A stretch of 63,639 nucleotides of DNA, filler included, from Licmophora abbreviata (lineage: Eukaryota): assembly GCA_900291995.1 (NCBI GenBank). It is 7 parts of 7 records of this genome, joined end to end, with 100 filler letters (N's around TTAATTAATTAA, not from the genome) between each part and the next. Parts side by side here need not be neighbours in the genome. Positions count along the whole stretch, not along the records: positions 18,730 to 29,324 come from OLMU01000966.1; positions 29,425 to 49,264 come from OLMU01000967.1; 5 more parts are not named here. One strand, given 5' to 3'. Of this stretch, positions 23,348-36,958 are shown in pieces (the first letter of the stretch is position 1; every line of letters begins with the position of its first letter). The position numbers and the translations under genes are program-made. The notes beneath the pieces were generated by a model, which saw only the letters and a list, made by a program, of their open reading frames with translations, made no database searches and was not told the DNA's origin.

Positions 23348-25869
23348 TTAGAGAATAGCACACCCACAGTCGCTTGCATCCTTCTGGGCTTTCGCTTCTA
23401 CCTGCTCCTCAGCCGCAGGCTGAAGTAAGGACGGGGCTTCCTTCACAGTCGACCCCTCGGAAGGTGCGACAGCAGAATTCTTCTTATCCGCGCTCTCAAC
23501 CGCTTGCGATGGCAACGACTTGGCCCCTGCTACCATCTCTGGCGCTGAATTTGGGTCGTAATCGCCTTCAATAGTTCCGTCGCTCTTGAACACGATCGAT
23601 CGCGTCGCCTTCTTTTGCACGACGTATCCTCTCATGGCGATTACTTCGTCGTCACTCGTGTTGGTAGGAGTTAGGATCCAGCCTTCGTTTGTCACTGTCA
23701 AATTGCGAATGACACCAGTTGCTCCTTCTTCACACTCGATGACAAGCGCGCCGTCGAGTCGAAGGCTATCTATGATGATTCCAGATCCCTTGACAACCAA
23801 AGACGACTTCGGAGATATGTATACCTTCTCGGGACTGGGAAAGGCTGATTTGTAGTCACCCGGGCACGTGACGAAGTCTGGAGTGAATACAATCTGAGGG
23901 CCAGGAATGATGGTGATCCCACTGAACGTTGCAGGAGCTGCATCCTCGACCTTACACCCCCGAGCCCGCAGAATGGTGCGCACGGCCCCGTACTGGTCTG
24001 CCTCTCCACTCGCCGCGACACCTGGTGGGGAGCCCTTGGCCTGTAAGGCTGCGCCGTCCGTAGTTGCATTCTTTACAGGCGAGAAACACAAGTCAGCAGC
24101 AATGCTGGTAAAGCCGACGTGCTCCGCCTCTTTTCCTTCTAAAATGGTGGGGAAGTCCTGCATCATACACTCGAGGCGTGTCGGCTTCTTGAAGACTGTC
24201 TTTTCCGCGTCCTTGTACTTGGGGTTAACAAACTCAGGCATGGCGCCTTTCGTACGGTTCAAAGCGGCAGCGTACGGCTTGAGTTTAAATAGCAGCTGGT
24301 TGATATTCCCAGCAAACGGGGAGAAACCAGTCTTGGGGTCGTTGACATCACCGTCGTCGTGTCCACTCGCACGAAGAAGAGGGTCCAACTGGTTGTACTC
24401 GACGTTAATGGTCCTGGGAAGAGAAGGGAGAGAAATGACGACTTGGTGAGAAAGTGCAAACGCATACACTGTACGGGCATGTCGATCGTCCCCTGGTCGA
24501 CCAACTTTCATTGCTCCGACATTGGTTTCTCATTTCATTTCAAGAGTCAGATGTCTCTATCTACTTTTTATTGTTGGTATCGTCATGGCATCGGTCGTGA
24601 TTGGATTTTCAAGACAGCATCATAGAAAAATTCACTCACCTGCTTTCGCCCTTGTCGTTGACCAGTTTTGCAATACCACCAATGGCTTGCTTTGCCTTGC
24701 GTGGAACGGCCAGCGAGTTCATGACAAGATCAAATTTTGATGACACACCAAGCACCAAAGGCAACGTGTGGAACGCCAGACCATTCGTGTCTTGAAAGAA
24801 GGCTACCCACTTGACTCCCTGTTGACTCCACTTGGTCGCAACGTGGTCCGAGTACAAGAGCGCATGAACGTCGCCGTGGCCGTGCGGCTTGGTTAGAATC
24901 TTGTAGTCCGATTCGAGTGCCATTTTCGCGTCATTGTCCAAGAGTGCCGGAACGCCCTGTCCTTGCTGCACAATGGTAATCTGACCGTCCTCCATGCCAA
25001 AGTTGTTGTTGTCTTTCAATAGTTTGATCGTACCGGCGTTCGTATCGCCCGAAACCATAATGCACAGTGGAAGCCGATTCCCAGCGGGAGCATACTTTTT
25101 CTGTAGCGCCAGAATATAATGGATGTAGTACTGCAGGTATTTCGTTTCTGTTGCCATTTCGGTTGGAAGGCCAATCTAGTAGAGGGATGCGGCGAGTTCT
25201 AATGTGAGTGCAATCATAGCTCTCGCTGGAAGGATTGGAAAGAGCGAGCTTGGATGCAGCACCCACGTATCATACCTTGATATCCCCATACCCAAGACGC
25301 TCCCCCAGACCACCTGCTACAAGCACAAATCCGACGTGACCGAGTTCCTTCACACCGATCGCTTCCACGTCGTCGTACTCCTTGGTCCCGATTTCAAACG
25401 ACTGTCCCGTCGGTATGGTCGGCTTCCATCCCTCAAGTGGATTTTCTCCCTTGCGACTCTTCGCCAGCAAGTCACGAGAGTTCTTTATGTACCCGACTAG
25501 TCCACCGGACGGATACGACTTGTTCAAGGCGTCCACCTGTGCGACGAACTGCAGTTTCAAGGCGTCCGTGGCCTTGTCGGACGTAGTCGACCAATTCTCA
25601 AATAGATGCGACTGACCTAACATCGGAGAGCACAGCAACTTCAACAAGACTTGCTGAGGAGGAGTAAAGAGGGACAGGGACGTCTCCAGTCCTGCAGGAA
25701 GACCGCTTGATTGGCCAGTGGACGACAAGTTTCCGTTGGCGCCGTTTTTGGGAGCAGTAGTCGTTGTAGCTTTGGTTTTGTCCACTGTATCTTCGATTGA
25801 GACAGCAGCCGGCTGCCGCTGAGCCGAGGTCTGGCTCTTTCTCTTGCCTCCCTTCTTTTTCTTGGCCAT
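23348..25869 (-). CDS. USP: UDP-sugar pyrophosphorylase, 3 exons (25869-25276, 25175-24640, 24413-23348; 731 aa)
   Basis: FVLVAGGLGERLGYGDIK|IGLP, KPHGHGDVHALL, FFQDTN, INVEYNQLDPLL, FVNPKYKD, KPTRLECMMQD, FSPVKN. Confidence 0.92.
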
Positions 25870-26155
25870 GATCTAACACAGGAGACTGGATCGAGCAGTA
25901 GGTCTACGATGCTTGTTGCTGTGCAGAGCGCAATGCGACGACGAGTGTTCTCCGCACAGTGATGCAACGCGATGAGAGCGCGCTGTCTCATGTTTTGCGG
26001 TGTGGCGCGTGACGCTGTGACAGATTCAAGATGAGTTGGCAGACAGACAGCTGTGTGGTCGCGATGACAACCGTTTGTTTTTCGATACAGCCGCCTTTGG
26101 GCCTCTCTACGCACAATATATATCATACCGAGTCTACGATGTCGCAGGTATCCAT

Positions 26156-26167
26156 TTTCCCGCCAAA
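26156..26167. promoter_or_regulatory. TTTCCCGCCAAA, E2F-type motif in the USP/lipase divergent intergenic region
   Basis: Exact copy of the 12-mer at 17636 and 37640. Confidence 0.45.
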
Positions 26168-26238
26168 TAGAGCACGCACAATCGGTTGCTTTGCGCGTGC
26201 ATTGCCGTCCGAGCCTTCGAAGTTCCGAAAATGATGGC

Positions 26239-28930
26239 ATGACGCATTTTCTCCGCAAATCCATCATGACGATGGTGCGACGGTATCGGCAACGGCCGCA
26301 CCTCGGCTGTAGAACACTGGTCATCGCAGCTTCTACACTACTATCATTGCTATGCTCGGCTAAAAGAACTAATTTTGGCCTTCCCAGAATCCGTTCACCA
26401 TCGACGACATCACTCATCCCCAACCCGGCCACATTCACGGCTTTCGGGGCCGGAGTGAAACCTGCACGTCAGCGAAAAGGGGTGCTACACGAGAGATGCA
26501 CCCTTTTTCCTGAATTCAAATTTAAATCGTGGACAGCCTCTCCTTCGAGTCGCATACGATGTGATAGCCCCTTCGCCGCATCGAAACTACACCTCTTTGC
26601 TGTCGCAGGTAAAGGAGGCGGCAACGACGATGGAGGAGACCAAGAGGACAGCGACGACGGCGAGGCAGTCGATCTTCCCACATGGGTTAGCTCTCTGAGG
26701 AGATGGCCTCTGTTACCCACTGCTCCCTCTCAACAGGAACTTTCTGTCGTACGTTTGGACGACGACGAGGAGGGAGTCTCTGCCACGCGGCGTGTTGTTT
26801 CGCCTCCTGGCGACGAAGAAGACGAACTAGCGGACGCGGTGGAATCCGCGCGAAATCGGATCGCAATGCCATTGGCGAGTCTTCTAAATGTCGAAGCTTT
26901 ACTAGCTGCTAGTGCTGAAAATGCGTCGATGGAGAATTCGACCGCCACAAGAGTGGAAGCCCTGGTCAAGAATGTCACAACTCCGCTGTCCATCTTGCCG
27001 AGGCTCGAAGAGTTGGGAAGTTGGGATCAGCTCGTTGGCACCATGCAGCGATCGCTTTCAGAAATTCCGACTGCGTATATCAACTCTGCGGTGATTGGAA
27101 ATACGACAGATACAATTCTTCGCGAGGCGACATCCCGTCTGGAATTTCTAGCCGGAGAAGCGTCCAGGATCTCTCCTAACGCCGTACAAGATCTCATTGT
27201 TCGTGCAAGCAAAGCCATTGCCTCCAAGGATGCCCAAGGTGAGAGCGCGGCAGCGGAAGACTTGGTTGCCGTCGCGGAGCAAATGGCACGAGAACAGGGC
27301 CTCGACGTTATTGCAGCATCGGAACAAGCCAGGGAGGCGACCAAGGAAACGGCCAACCTTGTTTCGCTAGCGAACGGTCTTCTGTCAGCAGGTTTCGTGG
27401 TAGGGGACGACGAGAAGAAGACAACCAATCCGGAAGCGAAACCTCTGTTTGGCGACTTTGCGACTGCCAGATCCATAACGAGAACCAATCTGAAGACGGC
27501 TGTGGCTAAAGCGGCAGAAATGGCGTCGCTGTCTGGTGCTATATATCAAGAAGCAATTCCACGCACTCTTGACTTGGGACACTCGATTGTAGCAAATGGT
27601 ACATCTGATGATATTGTGTGGACTGTTTCTGACAGCATCATGTACGAAGACGAGTTCCAAGAGTTGAAAAGCAAACGCGATCGAACGCCGATGCTTGTTC
27701 GAACTATTACGCTTCGGGGTTTTGATGCATCCGACGAGAACGTTGATCGAGAACTGGTTCTGAATCGCATCTGCACTGCAAACCCTGAGAGTCTCAATGG
27801 TGAGAATGGTGTCCTGCTGCATTCGGGTCTGCTGGACATTGCACGGTCCGTCTATGATGACGTGAAACCATACATTGACTTGACAGCCCCGACGCACCGC
27901 TTGGTACTTAACGGTCATTCCGTCGGAGGCTCTTTGTCAGTATTGCTACTCTTACTTCTGACTGAGGAGCGAGGAGGTAGGTCGATGCATGACTGCGTTC
28001 GTTTTTAAGTTTGTGCCCTGATCGCGTCTTCCTCATCGTGCTACTTCGCTTTGTTCTGCAGTCGAGTTTGTTCGTGATAAAGTCTTGCGGGTCTTTACGT
28101 TTGGTGCACCACCGATTGCGGTAACGTCAATTCCAATGTCGCGGAGAACCGACGCGTGGGATGACCACCTAGGACCCATGTTTGGACGCCCAACAGACTC
28201 AGATTTGAAAAACTACACCTGCGATGTTCTTCGTGCTTTTGACCTTCCTCCGTCGATGGTCTACGGATACATCCAGCCTTGGGATCCCATCGTAAGGTTG
28301 TTCAGCGAAATTGATCCTCTTTATCCGCTCATCGGAGATATTGGTGAAGACGGCGTCACTCCGTACGCATCTGGTCCTCCCCGCTCACTTCGATCCATAA
28401 CGAGAGCCATCGTTGAGAGCTGGGATGGATGGCCTCGCTTTCGAGACATGTTCAAGGACACCGTCGATCAGAACTACACAAGCGTCGGCGTGCAACATAT
28501 TCTACTCCCCGAGCCTATTCGGTACCTTACAGATCGATTAGTGTCGGTCAACGTGGGCGTGCCCCCTGTGGATGACATTGTACGCATCTCAGCTGAAGAG
28601 CTGCTTCCGTTGCTGGAAACTAAGTTCCCCTTGGATACGTTTCGCATAAGCTACATTCCCGCAGCAATTCGGGCCTTCGTTCACCATTTCTACCCCGCGT
28701 ACGGATTTCCCATTGTCGATTTTGCGTTTAAGAAGTTGGAAGAGTCTTCTGGGGTCTCCAAGATAATAAACCGCATGGGCAAGGAAGAATATGAGCGAGC
28801 AATGGGAGATATTGAAGAGAAAGTAATGGATGTGTCCGATGCTGAAGGAGGACGCGGCAACGGCATGAACAAGGAACGGGGCGGGGGCTTGGGTTGGTCT
28901 GTGCCATGGGAGTCCCGCAAGGAAGATTAG
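26239..28930 (+). CDS. Class-3 lipase-like alpha/beta hydrolase with long N-terminal extension, 2 exons (26239-27976, 28062-28930); start uncertain
   Basis: ITLRG oxyanion region, LHSGL, nucleophile elbow LVLNGHSVGGSL, VFTFGAP, WDPIVRL, HHF. Confidence 0.8.
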
Positions 28931-29324
28931 AGATTTTGGAAAATCCCAGTTTTAGAAGTGTACACTGAACATCCAGAAGGTTCGAGGGACTAATTAGACG
29001 TTTGAGCAAGTTCGTCCTTGACCGCAGGATGGCAAATATGGGTAGACCCAAGTCGAATGCTTCACTCGAGTTGGCAGATAGAAGAAATGTCAACGGTCGA
29101 GATCATCGCTAGACAACTTCGAGGCGATAGAATCGACTTCCGTTTGAGCTTACCGAGAATCGCTTGTACGCCTCCATGCATCGATGGGGATGCGATGAGC
29201 TTAGGCAGGAGCGTCGTGGCAATCGTCTTGCGGGAGTGGCGGAAGCAACGACAACACGAGACGGTACGATTCGAATTCGCCATGTCGCAGCGCGCTCAAC
29301 GCCACGACCGAAGGATGACACAGG

Positions 29325-29424
29325 NNNNNNNNNNNNNNNNNNNNNNNNNNNNNNNNNNNNNNNNNNNNTTAATTAATTAANNNNNNNNNNNNNNNNNNNN
29401 NNNNNNNNNNNNNNNNNNNNNNNN
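29325..29424. other. Artificial assembly linker
   Basis: 44 N + TTAATTAATTAA + 44 N. Confidence 0.98.
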
Positions 29425-29637
29425 GCCACGGCCTGGGCTGCTTGCTTGCTTGGAGGTCAGCGTCTCTGCCTAGAAAGATCGAGTGATTCGAGTTCCCGAT
29501 GGGGTGTGGTCGGGTGTGTCTGTGTCACAGTCGGTGGCGCACTTTTTATCCCTGATGGCGAGAAAAGCAGCGGGCGGTATCCCGATACCAGCATACTCTC
29601 TCCTGTCTCTATTTGTCAGTTTGTACTTTGAACGCTC

Positions 29638-31976
29638 ATGATGAAATCTAGTCCGCCGAGGGGAGAAGTTTCGGTGGCCGCAAGCAAGGAAGCGCAAGTG
29701 ATTCTGCCTCCGCCGTCGCGTCGGAATCCTGTCCCTGCTCTGCCAGCGGCGCTGCGTCTCGACAATCAAGAACAACTTACTGCGCTCTTGGAAACCAACC
29801 CGCTCTCCTCAGATCCTCTCTTTCGGCAGCTTCTCGTCTTTGGAAATGAGAGTATGCGCAGACTGCTTCTGCGCCAAGTCTTGACGGACCCTAACACGCG
29901 CGTCTTCAAAGGCAAGAAGAACTGGGATGCCATTTCCGTCTTTCCGGGCCTTCCCAACAGTGTTGTGGGAACTCGCGTACTACCAACGGCGTCTGCACAG
30001 AACAGAGGATCGCATGTCCATTTGCATACCAAGGAAACGTTGGAGGGGGCCGCCGAAATATCGCTCTTGCAGTCTGAAGACTCGTGGGAGGAAGATCCAT
30101 CCGTGGACGTCGTGACGTACTTCTTGAGACCGTCGTCCCTGTCTCAGACGGTACAAGTCATGTCGAGGATTCGATCCTGGTCTCGTCCACGTACGCACCA
30201 TCGTATTGTGTATCTGCCTCAGACGACTGCCATTTGTCAGAAACTATTGAGTGGGCTGGTGTCGTCAGCCAATGTATCGGTGCACAGCTTGCAGCTCGAC
30301 GTATTTCCACTAGAGACGGATGTGCTATCGCTGGACTACGAGGATGCGTTTCTCGAATCGGAGGTGGAAGGGACACCAAGTACTGTGATTACTGCAGTTG
30401 CTCGCAGCTTGCTCAAGATCCAGGACGTTGTCGGAAAGATCCCTCGGATCCAGTCGTTGGGTCCGCTTGGTGAGGAAGTCGTGAAAAAGATGATGACTTT
30501 GACAGTAGAGGAGTATGTTGCTTCGCTAGATGAGCCAGAAGCTACAAAAGACGGTCCAATTCAAGGAGGAGACGTCGCTGCCATGATGGTCATGGATCGC
30601 AAACTGGATATGGTGACGCCCATGCTGACGCCGCTCACGTATGAAGGGCTGCTCGACGACGTTGTCGGCATTGACAATGGGTAGGTGACAGTATGAATGC
30701 TTGATGCCTGACTCTTGCGGATATGGCGTCTTACTCACTCACTTACGTGTACCCCGTCGACAGATTTCTCAAAGTTGACGTCAATCTCATCAACCCCGAG
30801 GATGACAAGACTACCCCGACGCGCGAGCGCGTTGCACTCGCCGTCAATGGGTCCGATTCCCTCTATGCCGAAGTTCGTGATCAACACGTGGAGAAATTCG
30901 GATCGTTTCTACAGAATCAAGCCAAGGCACTTCGAGAATCCCACGCGAACTTTACCAATAAGGAAAAGAAGAAAGACCTGCACGAGATTCACCAGTTTGT
31001 CAAGCAGATACCAGTACGTTGCACAATTTTGTCTCGTTGCAAACTTCATCTACTCCTCCTGACTTATTTTCTTTCTCTCCGCGGTGCTTCCCAGATTTTT
31101 ACGAAAAACTTGAGGTTAGTCAAGGACTCTACAAATGCCGCTGCTAGCTTGTTTTGTTCGCAACCTCACCATAGCATTTCAACTCTTCCGGTCTGCAGAT
31201 CTCTTACCAATCACATTCACCTAGCCGAACTCGTCAAGGCCAACTCGGAAGAGTCGTCATTCCGAGCAAGATGGCAAATGGAACGCTCCATGCTGGAGGG
31301 TGAATCGTGTTACGAGCAACTAGAAGACTTGATTGCTTGCCAGTATCCACCGTACCGAGTGTTGCGGTTGTTGTGCCTTCAATCGCTTTGCGGCGGGGGT
31401 ATCAAATCGTCTCGCTACGATTCGCTTCGCCGCGATGTTGTCCAGACGTACGGCTACGAGTTCCTTTTCGTACTGACCAATCTGGAAAAGGCTGGTCTTC
31501 TGCGTCGCCGCGATACCATATGGATCGACTCGGCGTCGCCCTTTTCGACGCTCCGAAAGTCCATGATTCTCATCAATGCCGAAGTCGACACGGTCGAACC
31601 CGACGACATTTCCTACGTTTCAAGTGGATACGCACCCGTGACATGTCGTCTGGTGCAGACTGCTGTTCAAGGATGGACTGGCAAGGAAGAAACACTGCGC
31701 GGGCTACCTGGTCGGTTGGTGGATCTTGTCCAATACCATCCACCGGAAGACTTTGCAACTGCAGTCAAGCGCCGACCGAAAGATGGCAGCTTAGGTGCGC
31801 TCGCCTCCCCCGAAACGAAAAAGCCAGTGTTGCTGTTAGTGTTTGTGGGAGGAGTCACGTATATGGAAATAGCCGCGTTGCGATTCCTGAGCAAGCGACC
31901 GAGCTTCCCCTATCACATTCTGTGCCTTGCGACCAAGATTGTCAGCGGCAGCAAACTGCTACGGTCGGTGTCATGA
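29638..31976 (+). CDS. VPS33: Sec1/Munc18 protein VPS33, 4 exons (29638-30680, 30764-31013, 31095-31114, 31199-31976)
   Basis: FPLETDVLSL, DRKLDMVTPMLTPLTYEGLLDD, SLTNHIHLAE, VLRLLCLQS, DISYVSSGYAP, LVFVGGVTYMEIAALRFL. Confidence 0.92.
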
Positions 31977-32324
31977 GTCATCTTCTTACACAATGCATTG
32001 GTGGAAGCTGGTATGGATAATAGTAGAACGCGATTGTTGACGCCCCATTATCAGTTCGCTTCGTAAACCTTAGTCTTCGACTGTGCTTCACGAAAAAAAT
32101 CGCGTTCGAAATCGAACCCAAGATTCGATTGGACTCGCTCGACTGCCACATCCTGCCCAACTTTTTGCAACTCAACGCGCGCGCACTCTCGTCGTCAGTC
32201 GCAGTTTGTTGCGTGACCCACAATGACTGCGAATTTCGTGCGTTGCGGCCGTCATAGTCCCTTGTTTCTGTTACAGTCTGCTGTTTCTAGCACCGTATCA
32301 CCCGCTTAGTACTTCGTTGTCGCC

Positions 32325-33942
32325 ATGTCGTCGACTCAAGAGGCCGGGGACATATTCGGAGGAGGAACGGGCTCGGCCCAGGCCATGCTTCGTTCGCCGA
32401 CCGTACTCATTGCCAGCGTGGGACTTTGGGGCATGAACGTCTACTTCTTTCGACTTTTTAAGATTGATTACGTCCATGTGCTGAACTATGACTTGGTCAA
32501 GGAGCAGCGCGAGGCGTCACCAACGGATGCGAAGGACTCGACGATTATTACGCTCGAAGATGGGGCCATCAGTTCAATCAGTAGTAACAACACGGAAGAG
32601 CGCATCACTGGCAAGAGCAGTGAACTAGGAGACGACGACGTCAGTTATCAAGACAGTCTCATGGATGGAGACAACACTGGAGGGGTGTCGTGGGATAAAC
32701 TCGTCATTTTCTCGGTGCTGCTCTTGTTCCTCTTGCACATGACGATCTTCGTCTGGATGGACATTTGCAGGGGTGGTTCGATCGGAGCCGTCTTTTGCTT
32801 TTACGGAGTCGTCACCATGGGAATTTGCTTTCCCTTATCCTCCACTCAGTGGTTGCGGACGGCATGTGTCGTTGTCTTGCAGCGGGCCTTTGAATTGGTC
32901 AATCCGCGCTGTTCCTGCGTCTCGCCCGACCCCAAAGGACCGCGCCCTATTCCCTTCGTGGACGTATTCTTTGCCGATGCCATGTGTTCTCTGTCCAAAG
33001 TTTTCTTCGATTGGGGCTTTCTCTTTCATTTGGCGACTCATTATCCCAAACCCGTCCCCAAAAGTATGCACAGCATTCTGATCCCGAGCTTTTGTGCAGC
33101 CATTCCCTACCTTATTCGGGCGCGTCAGTGCCTGATCATGTACACGGTCGGCAGAATCAAGCGGGATCCGCGTCGTTACCAGCACATTCTGAACGCCATC
33201 AAGTATTCGACTTCCATCTTTCCTCTCTGCCTGTCCTCATATCAACAAACGATTGATCCTGAAGGAGCTCAGAAACTAGAGGGCGTTCTCATTGCACTAT
33301 TGGCGTACGTTGCATTTACAACATGACCAACGGCGTTGCGTGCGCGACTATGCCCTAACCCATATATGTCGCTTCTTCTCTACCCACACTGCAGAATTAA
33401 CGCACTCTATGCCTTGACATGGGACATTGTCATGGATTGGGGAATGTGCCAGAATCCTACGGCTGTGATTGATGTCAATTGTGTGGGCAACGGAGGGGTC
33501 GTCGCGTCGGAAAACGCCCCTAAACCAGCGACGTGCGGACATGCCCTCCTTCGACCACGCCTTCGCTTTGGAGTGCTCATGTCGACATTGATATTGGTAG
33601 CCGATTCCATTTTACGATTCAGCTGGGTACTTCGCTTTCACGAGGGTGTCTTCCCGAGCAAGGACCACTTCGTCCTGGCTACTCAATTTCTAGAAGTTTT
33701 TCGGTACGTGTACTGTGATTCCGTAGACGCACATCTTTTGCTCGTGTCTTGCATCACCTAAAACACGATCCTATTTTTCTTTCCATGATAGCCGAGCAAT
33801 ATGGAATCTGCTTCGAGTCGAATGGGAAAATATGAAGCAGGCCAACAGTGTCAAGAGCAAAGGGTCGGAAACCGAATCGTTCATCAAGCCTCCTGTTACG
33901 CTTAGCTTGTCGGCTGTACACAGCCATGGTCACAAATCATAG
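32325..33942 (+). CDS. EXS-family (ERD1/XPR1-like) membrane protein without SPX domain, 3 exons (32325-33304, 33395-33703, 33792-33942)
   Basis: LWGMNVYFF..IDY, DVFFADAMCSLSK, PYLIRARQCL, HILNAIKY, WDIVMDWG, LRFSW, LEVFRRAIWNLLRVEWE. Confidence 0.88.
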
Positions 33943-33990
33943 CGGTCTAAAGATCTAGGCCGTATAGAATGGTGGCAATTCGATTGTTAG

Positions 33991-36958
33991 TTAGTTTAAG
34001 GTCTCTTGGTGTTTGGTCTGTAAAACTTCCTGTGCAACCAGATACAGTCCCTCCGCGACAGTCTTTCGACGATTGGCCATATCTTTCACGACGCTCGTCC
34101 AGACTTCTCCATGTTTCGGTTCTGCAGTCACGCATCGCTTTCGGATCTGTTCCTGCTGATTTTTCGTACCGTGCTCAAGCTCAAACGCATAATACTTCGC
34201 CCAGGAATCTCCAAGGTCAGGGTTCAATATCACCGAGCGCTCAAACCACTTGCGAGCCTTTTCGTTCTTTCGTTCCGACGCAAAGAGTGACGCGACAGCT
34301 GCAATAACGTGTGGATCTTCCGGGGATCGTTTGATCGCATCGGCAGACTTTGATTTTTGTTCTACGCGAGGTGCCGTCGTGATGTTCTCGGCCAGCAGCA
34401 GTCCCGAAGATGGGCAATCTTGAAGAGCACGGGCCATGAGCGTATCCGCCTGCTTGTCGTTACCCGTTCGTCGCTCCAGTCGAATCGCTTCGAGCCAAAG
34501 TTCTTGATTCTTGGGATTCTTGAGCCGGGCGATCTCGAGAAGGCTTCTGGCTTTTGTGACGCCGACGCCAGCTTTTACAGTATTGTCGGTATAAAAGGTA
34601 TGAGCGCGTTCCTCCAGTCGACTGGCAAGGATCCACAACACATAGTTGTTCGGGCATGCCTGGAGACCGAGCTGAAAGAACTTCCGAGCTCGATCCAGAC
34701 TGCGCTTACCGGCATCTAGGTCGTCAGCGCAGATCTGACCTCCCATCATATAGGATTTCGCGAACTTCGGGTACTTCGATATTCCTTCCTCAAGCAGGTC
34801 GAGGGCGTCTTCAAAGTTCTTCTCTTCTCGTTCCAGCAACGCTGATTTCATGTACACACGGTCGGTCGGAGCGCGTCCTCTCGCCCGCAGCAACAGAACA
34901 CGAGCGCGTTCGATTTCTCCTGTTTCCCATTCCAATTTTGCAGCGGCGAGCCACACAGCCTCTGAATCTGGATTAGCCGCAAACGCGTCCGTGAGGACTT
35001 CCCGCGCCTTGTCGATTTCCCCTGCAATCCATCGCTCTTTCGCGCGGAGTAGCCAGAAGATTTCGGCACGCGGCAGTCGTTCACTGGCGGCAGCCAGCAC
35101 TTCGTCGAGCGACGAAGCGTTGCCGTGTTTGCGTTCCAGATCCACAGCTTGCAGCCAAAGACTTCGTTTGCTTGGAAACGCTGCAAGGCTGTGAGCGAGA
35201 ATAGCCCGTGCAGTCGATACCGCACCACGACGGAGTGCACCCTTAGCATCATCCGCCCATGTTCGCTGGCGATCTTCCGCGTCAACGCCCATGCCAATCG
35301 TGTACTTCACGATGGCTCCACTTGTTAGAGGTGCGCCGGCTTCCTCCGCTGCTTCGGCTTCTTCCAGCCACTGCGCGCGCGTAACGATCGCTTCTTGCTT
35401 AGCCAGCGATCTAGCGGCTTTGTCGATGACCTTGTCGACGATATCAATGTGCTCCTGTGATTCTTCCAGCTTCGCGGCAGCGATCCAGATGGCACGCTCC
35501 GCCGGAAGAGCCTTCCGTGCCTCGTTGAGGACTCGCCTCGCATTATCGTACGTTTCTAGTCGAGCAAGCGCAAGCCACATCTCGGTTGACTGTGGTACCC
35601 GTTCGACTGCTACCGATAACAGAATTCGTGCATCATCAGCATCTTCCAGTTCAATGGCAGCCTTCCATAGAGTGACCGACGCCGGATTTGCCTCCAGCGC
35701 TTTGCGAAGCACGGCTTTCTTGGCAGCCTCGTTAGTTTCAAGGTCTGCGGCGCGTAAAAATATTTTAACTGACGTGGGTATTCTCCGCACAGCCGTAGCA
35801 AGAATGCTTTTTGCCACCTCAGGCGGATGAAGTCGAGCGGCCTCGAGCCAGACGTCTTCGCTGTCGGGACACGTCTCGCACCCCTCCTGGATGAGTTTCC
35901 GTGCCTGCAGTAACTTCCCGGCTGCCTCCTCGACGCGTGCGGCTGCAATCCACCCCGGTCCATGTTTCGGATTCGTGTCTCGGACCGACTTGAGCAAAAG
36001 TCGCGCTTTGTTGATATCCCCGACTTCTGCAGTCGTAGCAATTTTGGTATTGGACAACGATGTTAGGTAGCCTTTGGGATCAACGACCGTCTGCCCAGTA
36101 ACAGAGTCTGACATCTTGTCGAGACTCATTCCCAGTACTGTCCCGCGAGCTTCGGCTAAGCCTGACATATTTGTGACAACCGACTTCATCCCTGCGTCCT
36201 CCCCAGCTACTGTTGTCGCTGCCATTGCAGCATTTCCCGCCGTTGCATCTTTGTTGGCCAGACTACGCGATTCTAAAAGGGAGTCGGTAACGGGAGTAAA
36301 CACATCTTCTCGCTGCTTTTGTTTGTACTTGAGACTGAAAAAATACCAAGGAAGCGAGAGTGTGAGGTAAGAGCTAGCAGTGCATGCAGGCAAGCAACAA
36401 CGACTCGATCGAAGGTACGCACCTGTAATCACCCACATCCGGAATGTTGGCCCATTCGTCCTCGGTGACATCAGCTAGTTTTTCCTTGAGTTCTCGAAAG
36501 TCAGCCCCAATCTTTTGTCTTGCGTCCTGGGGTACGGATTCATCTTCGTCTCTCTTTCTTTTGGAGCCCATACGTTCGTCGATTGCGGCGTATACCCTGT
36601 CGGCTTCTTCGTCGTCGTGGTCATACGGCGTCTGAGGAGTGAACAGCGGATCGCTATACCCTGAGAATTCGTCATAGCCCGTCGGCCCCCCTCCTGCATC
36701 ATCGACCTTCGCAGTACTAGCCCCTCGCCCCGCCCCCGCTACGTATCCCTTGGGCGCCGCTCCAAACGGCTTGGATCTAGCGGCAGCCAGGGCAGCGCGT
36801 GCTTCAGCAGCGCGACTGCCGGATACCGCACCCTCGGACTCTGCCGAAGCCGCTCCCATTGGACCCAAATCAGAGCGCGTGGTAAAACCAGCGGCTCCAC
36901 GTCCCAGTCCGGCAATGTAGCCCTTTGGGGCGGATTTATTCCTTCCAAACGAAGACAT
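33991..36958 (-). CDS. PRP6: Pre-mRNA-processing factor 6 (U5-102K), 2 exons (36958-36423, 36334-33991)
   Basis: GYIAGLGRGAAGFTTRSDLGP, EWANIPDVGD, DPKGYLTSL, KARLLLKSV, HAT/TPR repeats, EPKHGEVW. Confidence 0.95.

Noticed and set aside
24414..24639. C/D snoRNA in the 226-nt USP intron (ATGATGC ... CTGA on the minus strand)
   Set aside because: The C box is imperfect, there is no terminal stem, and I could not identify an rRNA-complementary guide.
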